Shown one piece after another: positions 1-11,497 of a DNA stretch of 64,000 bases. The stretch is taken from positions 1,178,001 to 1,242,000 of the forward strand of contig OZ218959.1 in NCBI GenBank assembly GCA_965112735.1. The letters run 5' to 3'. Position 1 is the stretch's first letter, and every line of letters begins with the position of its first letter. The notes beneath the pieces were generated by a model, which saw nothing but the letters and a program-made list of their open reading frames with translations, had not been told where the DNA came from and did no database searches. The stretch comes from Phaeosaccion multiseriatum (lineage: Eukaryota; Protista; Ochrophyta, other classes). The position numbers and the translations under genes are program-made.

Positions 1-1028
1 TCCCCCCTCTCTTCTTCTCTTACTGCCGCTGCTCTTTCCTCCACTGCTTCGCCCCCGCAGGCTCTCGTCCTCATCTAACTCACCATCAATGTCGTCTCCC
101 TCATCGTCGTCTTCTTCTCCCGCCCCGTGGGCATCCAGCATTCTATTCAGTAGAGCCTCCTCTTCCGCCTCTATCTCCTCCTCAGTCTTCTTCCTCTCCT
201 TGCCCTTGCCCTTGCCCTTGCTCCCTTTTCTACGACCCTTCCGTGCTGCACCTTTCCGCTCGTCAGCGTCCGCTTCTTCTTCTTCTTCTTCTTCTTCTTC
301 TTCTTCTTCTTCCTCCTCCTCCTTCTCCTCCTCCTCGTCTTCCTCCTCCTCCTCGTCTTCCTCCGCCTCCTCCTCCTTCTCCTCCTCCTCCTCCTCCTCC
401 TCCTCGAACACCTCTGCTACTAATGACAGATCTTCACTCTGGGCTAAGGTTCTGCAGTTCCGTTTGAGGTACTTAAGCAGAGGCTCGTGCCTCAGCTGCA
501 TTTGCTGCCATATTGACTCTGTGTCCTGTCCATCTACGTGTAGCTCGTCCAGCTCGGCGCCTGAGCTTTTCCCTCGCCTCGCCCTCTTGCCTTTGTTGTC
601 CGCAGCGTCCTCTTTCGCAGTGCCATCAACAGACTGAATAGCAGGAGCAGGAGAGCATAACATGGGTTAAGAGGAGGAGGGAAGGTTGGATCGAGAAGGA
701 AGACGTCGCAAGGCCAGGATGGGGTGGCAGCCAGGCTTGGAATAGTCGCCGCGCTCTCGTGCCTCTCTCCCCATGCCTTGGGCCCCCCGATCGCTGGATT
801 CGGCCGGGTCCCTTCTCTCCCCACTCATGTTCCAGTGGTGAAGCAAGAGACGAGGAGCTCGCACAGCACCCCCCTAGCCGAGGCGCTCGCCCTCCTCACC
901 TTGGCGTAGTCGAAGAGAGACTTGAGCACCGATGCGAGCTTGCCTGCCAGCTCCTCCGAGGGCTGACAGAAGTCTTCAGGCCTGCTCGCAATGCCCTCTA
1001 TAGTGGCGAGGCTCTCCTGCAGAGCCAT
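1..1028 (-). CDS. MPP10: U3 snoRNP / SSU processome protein Mpp10, 5' part (continues past window start)
   Basis: Exon 1028-900 (MALQESL...LKSLFDYAK), GT-AG intron 899-634, exon 633-<1 reading ELDELHVDGQDTESIWQQMQLRHEPLL, which matches the Mpp10 N-terminal L.vdgfD.EQIWqQl.l pattern, followed by an acidic Glu tract. Confidence 0.85.
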
Positions 1029-1128
1029 GGCTTCGATGGCTAAAACACGAAGCTTGGAGGGCCAAAGGAGATTGGGGGGCTGGAGGCATACGGGCCAGTT
1101 TTCACTGCTTCATTCTGTCCCATTTCCC

Positions 1129-2538
1129 ATGGCCTTCCTCCTCGCCTCCCGGCAGCAGCAGCACAGGCTCTGTTCCTTCGTATGGACTAGCTCTAGCAGA
1201 GGAGTCTCCTCCTCGCCGCTTGCAGCCAACAGGTACCAGGGCCTCCCGCAGAGTTGGAGGAGGTGCAGCATGAGAAGGCGAACGCTCCAAAGAAGCACCG
1301 CGTCGCCGACGTGGGCCGTGAGAAGCAGCAACAGTAGCAGGAGCAGCGGAAGCAGGAGCAGTAGCAGCAGCAGCGGCAGCAGCGGCAGCAGCGTGCTCGA
1401 GTCGGAGGTGAAGAAGTTCCGCCACCTGCAACACGAGTGGTGGAACACCTCTTCTCGATTGGGCACGGGGCCTCTGCACACAATGAACGCTGCTCGGGTG
1501 TCCTTTGTGCGGGACGAGTGTCTCACACACATTGCCGAGGTGCGCGCTGACGAGGATGGCTTTGCCTTGCCCTTGCAGGGGTTGCGTATTGTGGACGTGG
1601 GGTGTGGAGGGGGCGTTCTCAGCGAATCGCTGTCTCGTCTGGGTGCGTCGGTAGTGGGTGTGGATCCAAGCATAGAGAACATTGCGGTGGCCGCTGCGCA
1701 CAGCCAGACGGACCCTCTCACGAGGGGCATTCACTACAAGGGAGTTACTGTGGAGGAGCTGGCGGAGAGGGGCGAGCAATTCGACGTGGTGGCAGCGCTG
1801 GAGGTCATTGAGCACGTTGACCAGGTGAGTGAGCTTGTACGTATGGATTGCGTGCCCCTTTCCCCCCTTTTGTTGTTTCTTACTCACTTTTGCGTTCACT
1901 GTATTTTTATTTAACATACACGTGTAGGCCAAGGCGTTTGTGGAGTCTCTTACGCGGCTGGTTCGGGTCGGGGGCCTCGTGTTTGTGTCAACCATGAACA
2001 AAACCGTCAAGGTAAGTGGAAAGGGCTCTGCGGTGGGGAGGGAAAGGAGTCTCATCGGTTGGGGAGGGAGAGGAAAGCCATTATGATGGTTCGAATCGAG
2101 AAGCAAGCGTGCTCTTCTGTATATACTGCCCTCTTCCACAGGGAGAGTCTCAGACTTCTGTAACGGGTACATGACCGAAGAGGGCTTGCATTGATTGAGT
2201 CTAGAGCTAGATCTTACATGGAAGCGACCTCTCCTTTTGCTCCTCCCCACCTCTCGCTGTTGCAGGCCTACTTGATGACCATCGTCGGGGCCGAACACAT
2301 CGCAGGCATCCTTCCTGTTGGGACGCATGACTGGGACAAGTACGTTCCGCCCACGGAGCTGGAGAAGCTTTGTCGCGAGAGGGGCTGCAGCCTGGTGCGA
2401 GAGTCCGGCCTTATTTATAACCCCGTCACCGACACGTGCAAACTCGACGACTCTGACCTCGACGTTAACTACATTGCGTGCTTTCGACGACGCGACGACC
2501 AACACGCGGGGGAGAAGGAAGGAGGAGGAGCACAGTGA
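1129..2538 (+). CDS. COQ3: Ubiquinone biosynthesis O-methyltransferase (COQ3/UbiG), mitochondrial
   Basis: Exons 1129-1824, 1928-2011, 2266-2538 with GT-AG introns. Motifs EVKKF...WW, PLHTMNAARV, SAM motif VDVGCGGG, FDVVAALEVIEHV, STMNKT, GAEHIAGILPVGTHDW. Arg/Ser-rich N-terminus resembles a transit peptide. Start codon uncertain (in-frame ATG also at 1027). Confidence 0.93.
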
Positions 2539-2626
2539 TGAATGACTCTTGGCCTGTTGCAATGACGAAGAGCCGTAAAGTGGGCTTGTGTTGGGGTGAG
2601 AGCTGACCAGGGACAAGAAAGCTATA

Positions 2627-2757
2627 TGTAAGTACTTTGGAAGTGGGTATCTTTGGCTCTTTGCAGGGCTGCAGTAAGCCTTCAAGATTATATACTCTTG
2701 AAGGCTTACTGCAGCCCTCCAAAGAGCCAAAGATACCGCACTTCCAAAGTACTTACA
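2627..2757. repeat. Near-perfect inverted repeat (about 61-bp arms, central TATATA)
   Basis: TGTAAGTACTTTGGAAGTG...CCTTCAAGA (2627-2687) is the reverse complement of 2696-2757, apart from one substitution and one 1-nt insertion. Confidence 0.95.
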
Positions 2758-2764
2758 CAGTGCG

Positions 2765-4738
2765 TTACAGTAATTCAATAGGAATGCCACGCACGACTGA
2801 GAGAGGAGAAGACAGCATCTTCGGGACCAAAGTGGCCAGGGCTGTGAAGTCCTCCTTCTCGAGGTACACCTGCGCCGACAATCGGCAGTATATCAGCGCC
2901 TTTTCATCGCCACCAGTGTCGCCCCCCCCCTCTTCCTCCCCTTCTTGCAGTTCTTGACCGGATGAGTAGGCTCGTCCTCGTCCTCCTGCTCCTTCTCCTG
3001 CCGCTACTGCTCCTGTCGCCGAGCCCCCAGGCACCGGGGCGGTAGTCTTAACGATGATGTAAATGCCATGCTCTGCCACAAGCCTCTCCTGCATTGCAGT
3101 TGCCGCTTGAAAGGAACGCGTCGGCAAGACGATGTTAGTCATAAAACCCGTCATACTCGGCGGCACCAGTAGGCTTGTGCCCCAGGCAGTCGAGAGGTAG
3201 TCCCCCGCCCATTTGGCCAAAGCTGACACGTAGGTCCTAAGCTCGGCTTGTCCAGCCCAACGCTGGAAGGCAAGACTTGCATTGACGGATGCCATTGCTG
3301 TGTAGTCGCGACTTCCGACGTAAGAGAACCTTCCAACGAAGTCCCTGCGCCCCGTGGCTGAGATGACCCCCGGCATGGGGCAAACCGCACTCTGCCTCTC
3401 TTTCGAAACCCACAGGAAGGCCACCGTCTTGGGGGAGTAGCCCCACTTGTGAAAGTTGGACACGTAGTAGGCTGGTGGGAGGGAACAGTGTGGATGTATC
3501 AGTGAGAGTGACGCGTCGTGCTACATCGTACACACACTAGTACAAATAGGAAATGTCCTCGTCGACTTAACTCAGCCCACGCACCTGCATTGAGCTTCGT
3601 CACGTCAATGTCCACTTGTCCGAAGGCATGTGCCGCATCCACCAGCACGTCCACGTTACCGAGTTGCCGGCACTCATCCACGAGATCGGCGATGGGCAGC
3701 ACCACGGCGGGGGCGCTAGAAATGTGAGAGAAGACTGCGAGTTTGAAGCCACTGCCGCTACCGCCTGCCCTCTCCTCCTGCTGTAGAGCCCTGCGAACCG
3801 CCTCCAGCACCTGCTCCGGCCCTCGCATGGGAAACTCCACATGCACCGTCACAGTCACCACGCCCTTCTCCTCACCCAGAAACCGCAGCGTCTCCACCAC
3901 CATCGGGTATGCGGTACTCAGGATGAGAACCTTGTCCCCCCTCTGCCATGGAAGTGAGCGCAGTACTGCGTTGACCCCGGAGCTCGCGTTGTCAACAAAC
4001 ACCAAATCGTTCACGTCTTGGGCTCCGACGGCTGCTGCCACTGTTTCCCTCGCTTGGTCTACGACGGTGTAATAGTCCTTTCTCATCCACACGTCTGCAT
4101 TATGAGGCAGGCACATGTGATACGTGTCGTTTGGAAATACACCCCCAGAGGACAGTGATGGAGCAGTGGATAGTGATGGAGGAGGATATATACGAGCCTG
4201 ATGGACCTCACCTGGTCTGGACTCGGCCCGCAGCTCGAGAGCGTGCTTGTACTGCAGTACTCGCCGAGCCACCTGCAATCCACCGCAGTTGTTCATTCAC
4301 AGTGTCAAATCTTCTCCCTTCTCCTTTCCTCACAGTTGCTGTAGCATGCACCGCCACCCCCCTCCCCCACTCCCCCCTACCCCACCCATGGCACAGCCAT
4401 ACACGCACCGCTCCGTAACTGCCGTGGTTGAGGTTTGTGTAGCCCGCATCAAGCAAGAACTCTTGATCCCTCATGGCTCTTCCAAAGGGAGGAGGGGCCT
4501 CGTCCTCTCCTCCGATTAGAGAAGCCATCCACTTGGCCGATCCGAACGTAGGCGGGGGTGCAAGAGTAGCCCTTCGTCTTTGCCGAGAAGCGTTGACCCA
4601 GAGGAACAGGCACCCCGCCAGGAGCGCTGAAACAAGAATGGTGTGTGCCCTGAAGACTATGGCGCTACCAGCCACCAAAATATCGTCCAGCGATTCTTCC
4701 ACCATCCCCATCAGTCCCGTAACTCCGTCCAACTCCAT
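2765..4738 (-). CDS. Class-V PLP-dependent C-S lyase (L-cysteine desulfhydrase / Egt2 / isopenicillin N epimerase-like)
   Basis: Exons 4738-4409, 4272-4212, 4094-3585, 3471-2765. Motifs NLNHGSYGA, FVDNASSGVNAVLRS, SHISS, LVDAAHAFGQ, PLP-lysine SNFHKW, GSRDY, RLSAQVY. Confidence 0.88.
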
Positions 4739-5376
4739 CGTTCCAAATGTAAGCCCCTTACACCATATCTAAAAACCTCATTGGGAGACGGTTCTATCTT
4801 GCTATCCCTGATCTATTTACAAAAGCCGTGGAGTGGAGTCACTCAACTGAGGGGAAGAGAGGGAGAAAGGTCCTGTATATAGAGGGAGAAAGGTGGAATG
4901 ATCAAGAGGAAGAAGTTCACGTGTTGAAATCCGGTCGTCGACATTTGGGTGTAGCCATTCAAAAAAAAAAATCGCCCCCCCCCCCTGATATTACAGCTCT
5001 TTGAGCCGTCTAAAGGGCTTCTTGCTGGCCACAACAGCGACAGGAGGAGGTCAAGGTCCCCCCCCAGGCCAGGAGCCAGTATCTAGGAAGGGAGCTACGA
5101 AAAACCGCAACAGGTGAGGCCAAACTGCCATTTTTGATTTTGGTCAGGTGTGCCACGGCAGAGATAAGGCAGAGAGAGCTGTGCCTCTACGCAATTGTGT
5201 GGGGGGGGGGTACGAAGAAAATATGTGCCACAAATTAAGCTGGCGAAGCCGCACACACTCACTTCGTCTTGGGATAGGCACACTGGTTCTCTACAGCCCC
5301 TTCGTGCCAACCGCTCACACCCGCCCCCTGCCTTCCACTCGACATCGGCCTGGCGCTTGGACGAGCAGTGTGGACT

Positions 5377-7152
5377 ATGGACGACAAGAGGTGGGCAAGT
5401 AGACCTGCGTACCTGCAGCATGAGGAGCAAGGCGGCGCAAGCGCTACTCTGGAAGGAGGAGACATCAGCAGCGACGGCGACATTGTTGTGGTCGAAGACG
5501 ATGCCTCGAGTTCCATCCCATCGCCCCTGCAGATTGACTCGTCTGCGTTGGGCCCTCCCAAGAGCAGGGATTCTGCCTCCCCCGTGCTGTCAGGTAAATC
5601 CGGCTCTCTCTTTCTCTTTCTCTCTCTGTTTCTCTCTCTGTGGTGTGTAGGCCACCACCCTCTGGCCGAGTTTCTTTCCTTCACTGGCTCTTTGTTGTTC
5701 GGCAGACTCTCTGAGATAAGAACAAGAAGAGAGATACCCAGCGAGCGGTGTATGCTGCTGCTGCTGCTGCCTGTCCGCCTGCCTGCTTGCCTGCCCTTCC
5801 TTGCCGCCCTGCTTACCATACGCGCGTCCACGCATGTCGCAATTGTTCTTTCCACCCCCTCTCTGCTCCGTTGGAATGTTGGCAGGGATCATTCCTCCTC
5901 CCATGGGCGTCTTCTCACCGGGGGGCTCATCGGTTGTGAGGAGCAACCCCCACCAGCAGCGAGCGGTAGTGGTGAGTCCCACCATCCGCCGGGGGGAAGG
6001 CTTGCAGAGGGGCCTGGCTTCACAAGCCCTCGACCTCGACTATGGATCGGGGCACGAGGAGCAGGATGTCGGCAAGGGTAGTGTCACTCTTTCCCCGCGG
6101 CGAGGGGAGCAGCAGGTGCAGCATCATAAGCAGCAGCAGCGGCCGCAGGGGCTGAAGAGGGGCAGCGACAGGGCAGAGGAGGGAGGTGTTGACAACTCCT
6201 CCCCTAAGCCCTCCCTCGCCAGCCGCATTGCTGCACGCCTCGTCAGCAGAGGACACTACAGGCATGTGGGCGGCCATCCTGCTGCCGAGGGGAGTGCCGT
6301 CGACAGTCACAGGGCATCAAAAGGAGCAGTTGGTGATCCACCGGCAGACGCAGAGGGGACAGCAGCAGCAACGCCTCAGGCAGCGATGGATCGCTTCCGT
6401 CAGCAACGGCAAGAGGAGGCGACTTCGAAGGTGGAGGTGGAGCACGAATTGGCAGAGACATCAGAGCGCGTCTCAACACGTTTATCAGACTTGACGCAGG
6501 TATGTATGGCTACGGTTAGCGGGCAGTCAGTCAGCAGTGTGAGCACAGGGTGGGTTTACTTGTGTACTCCCTCTCTCTCCAGGCCTCACGCCGGTCTCCT
6601 CTGACCTTCTCTCTCTTTGCCTTGTCGCCTGCACCCTCCGAACCAAACCCCTCCTGCCTGGTGCTCCCTCCGCCCACTGCCATCCCATGCGATGCACAGG
6701 CCGAGCTGATGGCACAGTGTGGCGCCGAGTGGAGGCTGGCGACGTCGAGACAGGGCCAGGCGTACTACTACCACAGAGGCACCCGCCAAACCTCATGGCA
6801 GCTGCCTGAAGGTGAGGAGAGCGCAAGCGTTTCCCCTCCCAAGCGACCGGCATGATCCAAAAGTCGTCCACCAACTGGGCATGCATGCGTGTGCGCGTGC
6901 GTGAGTGTGTTTGGATGGTTGATGTTAGGTGCACAGCGTGTTTCACAGCGTGACACCCGAACGAAGGCCACGGCGCTTCGCTCTACCCATCGCGTCCCTC
7001 ATCTTCCTCCCTCCACCCCCCTCCCCCCCCCCTTGCACCTGCCAAGTAGGAGCCGTGTTTGTGAAAGACGGAACGAATAGTGATGGCTCCCCGCGGCTGC
7101 GCATCTTTGTCCTGGAGGAAGGCAGTCAGCAACCTCTTCAGCGGCACTTTGC

Positions 7153-7185
<33 letters not shown>

Positions 7186-10100
7186 ACGGACGGCCGAGGA
7201 GGAGGAAGACGAGGACAAGAAGAGAGGGCTGCTTGAGGAGAACAACACGGAGGAGAACAAGGAGGAGGAGGGGGAGAGCGGGAAGGAGGGCGGCGAGAGT
7301 CCCACCCTGCCGCTTGTCGTGGATCATGACAGCGAGGCCCCGAGCGTGGAGAAGACCTTGTCTCCTCAGGCTTGTGCCACACCTGCTGCCGCGAAAGCTG
7401 GCGGTGAGCGGCCTTTGCCGTCCACTGGGGTGGGTGGTACGGTCGCAGTGGTGACGCCCGGGGGGGATATATCCCATGCTTCGACCTCTGCGGATGATGA
7501 GTGGATCACAGAGCGGGAAGGAGAGAGGGCGCGCGGTCTAAGTGAGGACGACTACGACGAAGAGGTGGATGTGGAGGTGCTGTGGACAGAGGAACGCGAC
7601 GCTCAAGGCGTGGAGGGCGACGTCGAAGAAGATGGTGAAAGAGAGGAGGAGGCTGATGGTGATGGTGATGACGAGGCTGAGGCTGAGGCTGAGGCTGCGT
7701 CCCCCACCTCGTCGTGCTGCTCGCCCATGCCGTGGATGAGGGCTTACCCGCAGGCGGAGGAGGAGAACCGAGAGGGCTCCGGGCCGGCCTTCACTGTGCA
7801 TCACAGAGACGACAGTGCCGCTACCGCTGAGGCGCTGGACTTCTTGGATGGCGACTACGAGGAGGAGGACGACGACAAGATACAGGTAGCGTACACGCTG
7901 CGTTCGGCCACTGACTGAGCATGTGTAGAGAAGGCAAACTATCTCTCCCTCTCTCTTTGTGTGTGTACTTTCGCGTCTTATGTTGGGTGGATCGATCTGC
8001 CTCTTCCAGCCCTCTCAAACGCTTTGTCTCCTGCCCTCCCCGCATGCCTCCACCCTCCCCTCCCCTGCCCTTGCCCCTTCAGGACCAGGAGAACATCTTT
8101 AGACCCACCAACCCCTTCGCTGCCGTGCTCGCAGCCTCCCCCACGCACGCACTCACGCGGCCAACAAGCGGTCCCAGAGCCCCTTTGGCGAGGATTGGTG
8201 GCGACAGCGAGCACGAGGGGGTGGACCTCCTCTACGCTTCCTGCAGCTCAAGTGCGGGAAGCAGCAGCAGCAGCAGCAGCAGGGGTGGTGGGGGTCGTGG
8301 TGGTACATCTTCTTCTTCTTCGTCTCCGTGGCTGCAGGCTAGCGTGACCGTGTCCGCGGCGAGAGTTGGTAAGCTTATAGGACAAGGGAAGGAAGGAACG
8401 GGGAGAAGAGGGTGCGAAGGAGTGTATCTCGCATCTGTGTACCCTTGTTTTGTCGTGGCCCTCTCTCTTACCTCACCATGCACTCTTTCCCTCTCTCCTT
8501 GCCCCCACGTTCCGTCCGCCGTTCGGGCGCAGCTGCCTCCGCCGGCTCCACGCTGGCTCCTGCGTTTTGCCCGTGCTGTGGCGAGCGCTTCTCTCTGTCC
8601 GCCATGGCCGACCATTTGGACGGATGCCCCGAGGTGCGGGCGTGGCAGGAGCAGGGGTTGGTGGTACAGCAGCCGCAAGGAGATGGAGATGGGGAGGGAG
8701 GGAGAGGGGAGCACGAAAGCGGCAGTGATGTTACTCGCCCTGCTGCCCTTGTGCCAACTCGGCTTCAGCAGCTTGTGTGCATTCTCTTGCCTGTGGCAGC
8801 GACTGGCAGGAAGCCAAGGCAACATCAGCAGCAGCAGCAGCAGCAGCAGCGAGGTCGGCGACAGACTGCAGCGGCTGAGGCTGAGGGGCCAGTAAGAACA
8901 GTCCGTGGTGCCCAATGTCACAGCGGCTCGACAGTCGCCTCGACAGTCTTGTCGGAAACCGCGGCGGCCCCTGACCTCCCGCAATTGGTGACACAGGACA
9001 GCGGCAAAAGGAGAGAGACAGCGCTTCGGGCGCTGGAGCAAGGCAGTGAGGAGCTCTTCCCCCTACCGCGTGCGAGACATGCGGAGGACGACATTGTAGT
9101 GTTTCGCGACACGGAGGCCCACCAACGACAAGCCAAAGCCCTATCCCAAGCACTAGCTCATTCAGCATCCTTGCTCCTGCAGCCGCGAGAGGAGGAGGAG
9201 CAGGGAGAGGAGGGGGAGGAGCGGCCACCTCAGAAGGACAACGAGCAGGAGGCCAAGAGTGTTGTTGTACCTTTGGACGCAGCAGCGGGCGGAGACTCGC
9301 AGCTGCCTCAGGAGGAGCAAGGTCCGTGGCATGGCGAACAAGGGGCGAGCAGCAGGGTCCTCCGCCGGGCCGAGTCGGCAGGCACTGTTATGGGCAGCAG
9401 CGTGGTGCCTGGCCGTACAGCCTCTGCTGGTGCGAGGAGATCGGGCGAAGTCAGGAGCACCGGCCAGCACTATCACCAGCCCGCTGCCCACCAGAGCTCA
9501 GTCGACATCAGCAACCGCAGCAACGAGAGCGCAGAGAACGACGAGAACGATGCGCCTCAACAGGAGCGACCACGGCCGAGTGCTGGCGGCAGCAGTTACG
9601 ACGGTTACACGGACGCGGCTGAGGAACAGGAGCAATGTCCTGACTGCAGGTGCGTCCGCTGTGATGCAAAGGGGCCGATGCCCCCCCCACCCTCCACCCC
9701 AACCCCCCCTCCTCTCTCTCTCTTCCGCCGTCACGCTACGTACTTACTCCCTGGCTGACCCATCCTCCATCCCCTCTACGTACTTACTCCCTGGCTGACC
9801 CATCCTCCATCCCCTCTACGTACTTACTCCCTGGCTGACCCATCCTCCATCCCCTCTCTCACCCCAACACCCAAAACAGCCGAACATTTGCTCCTGGAAG
9901 GCTGGCGGCGCACCAACGCGTGTGTCGCAAAGTGTTCCTGGAGCGGCGGCCGGTCTTTGACGGGCAGGAGAAGCGCATCAAGGGCACGCTGATGGAGTTC
10001 AGGCACATGATACCAGGCTACTCGGCCCCGGGCTCTCCTTCTGCCTCTCCTCCTCCACCCGGAAACCCTCCTCCAACGCCTCTTGCTGGTGCTGCTACTT

Positions 10101-10885
10101 CCACTACTACTGCTACTGCTGCCGCTGGTGGTGGTGGCAAGCTGTCATCGGCCGCGAGGGTTCCTCCCTCGCCGATGCTGACCCCTGGCGGGACGGGAGG
10201 AAGGGCGCCATTCGCGTCTCCGGGGCGAGGTGGTGGTGATGGTGATGGTGATGCTCACGAGGAGGAGGGGGAGGCTGGTGACAACGCTCAGGCTGGGTGG
10301 GCGACGTGCCCCTTTTGCACAAAGAAAAAGCACAGCAGCGCCTTCTCCCAGCACTTGCTGCAGTGCAAGATTCGCTCCATCGCCCGCACCAAGAGAAAGG
10401 CCGCCGCTACCGCTACCGCTACCGCTTCGGCTTCTTCTCCTTCTTTCCAACCCGCTGCCCCTGCTGCTCCTGCAGTTTCGTCGGTTTCATCAGCGTCCAA
10501 GGGTAAGGGCGGCGCCCCTGGGGGGCTGAGTTGCCCACACTGCCTGCGAGTCTTCGCCCCCGTGAATTACAGCTACCATGTCGAAGTGTGCTCCAAAGTC
10601 GTCAACCGACCCAGGGGGTATGGGATGGGTAGACTGGGAGGAGGAGGAGGAGGAGGACGAGGAGGAGGAGGAGGAGGAGGAGGAGGAGGCGGCGGCAAGA
10701 GTCCGGGTAAGATGGCACTGACCACTCCTGGCAAGAGTGGCCGGCAGCTGCGAGGGGGAGGAAAGGGCAGTCTGGCTGGTGACAGCACCCCTCGGACGGC
10801 CGGTGCCACCCCCGCCACCCCAGCAGGGACCACCGCGACAGGCGCAGGCACAACAGCGCCTTCCACCTTTACGCCTTTTCGGTAG
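5377..10885 (+). CDS. Large low-complexity protein with one WW domain and four C2HC zinc fingers (ZC2HC1-like)
   Basis: Exons 5377-5593, 5886-6499, 6700-6811, 7050-7885, 8083-8368, 8533-9649, 9880-10885, all phase-compatible. WW: EWRLATSRQGQAYYYHRGTRQTSWQLP. Fingers: CPCC..HLDGC; CPDCSRTF..HQRVCRKVF..RPVFD..KRIKGT; CPFC..HLLQC; CPHC..HVEVC. 5' end uncertain. Confidence 0.75.
9736..9855. repeat. 3 x 40-bp intronic tandem repeat
   Basis: CTACGTACTTACTCCCTGGCTGACCCATCCTCCATCCCCT repeated three times. Confidence 0.95.
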
Positions 10886-10939
10886 AGGTGTTCCTTCTTA
10901 CCGTGCAGCAAAGAAGGAAAGAAGGGCTTGGGTGGGTGG

Positions 10940-11130
10940 CGAGTGCTTAGCCCGAGTGCTTGACCCGAGTGCTTGACCCGAGTGCTTGACCCGAGCAGCA
11001 GCTACAGAGGAAGCCTGCCGTGTGAGATGAAGAGAGGTACATGGCACATGCAATGAGTTATGCCATACCCATATGCCCTATACCCATATGCCCTACCCAT
11101 ATGCCCTATACCCATATGCCCTATACCGAT
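10940..11130. repeat. Two short minisatellites between convergent genes: (CCCGAGTGCTTGA)n and (ATGCCCTATACCCAT)n
   Basis: 13-mer about 4 copies at 10940-10995; 15-mer about 4 copies at 11060-11130. Confidence 0.85.
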
Positions 11131-11355
11131 ATACAGTCTGGGCGGGGGGGGGGGACATCATGAGCAGGGGACACTGCGAAGGGGTGAAGTGTGTTAAGTT
11201 TTTAGTAAATAGTACTTCTAGAGGAGGACGTTTCTGTTTCCCTGCTCTCTTTCCCTCCCGGGAGGATTGAGACCGATCTACCCTACACTCTACACAAACA
11301 AACACCTCTTACTCTTTCTATCCTCTGAGGCCCAAGGAAGATGCAATGCGAGGGC

Positions 11356-11465
11356 TCAGGGCGGCAGCTTCCACGAGGACATGCTTCCGAAAGACTGGTC
11401 TGGCAAGGTGCTAAACACGCTCTTTCGGTCCAAGGTCCCAGTATCCTGCTTCTCCTCTTCCTCGC

Positions 11466-11497
<32 letters not shown>

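Noticed and set aside
2536-2541. TGA stops as selenocysteine or readthrough, given the nearby hairpin
   Set aside because: COQ3 is complete before tandem TGATGA, and the hairpin is a plain palindrome without SECIS features.
1102-2790. 562-aa minus-strand ORF and many other long ORF-track entries
   Set aside because: They are antisense to, or frame-shifted against, well-supported spliced genes, have no recognisable motifs, and are expected in GC-rich, repeat-rich DNA.
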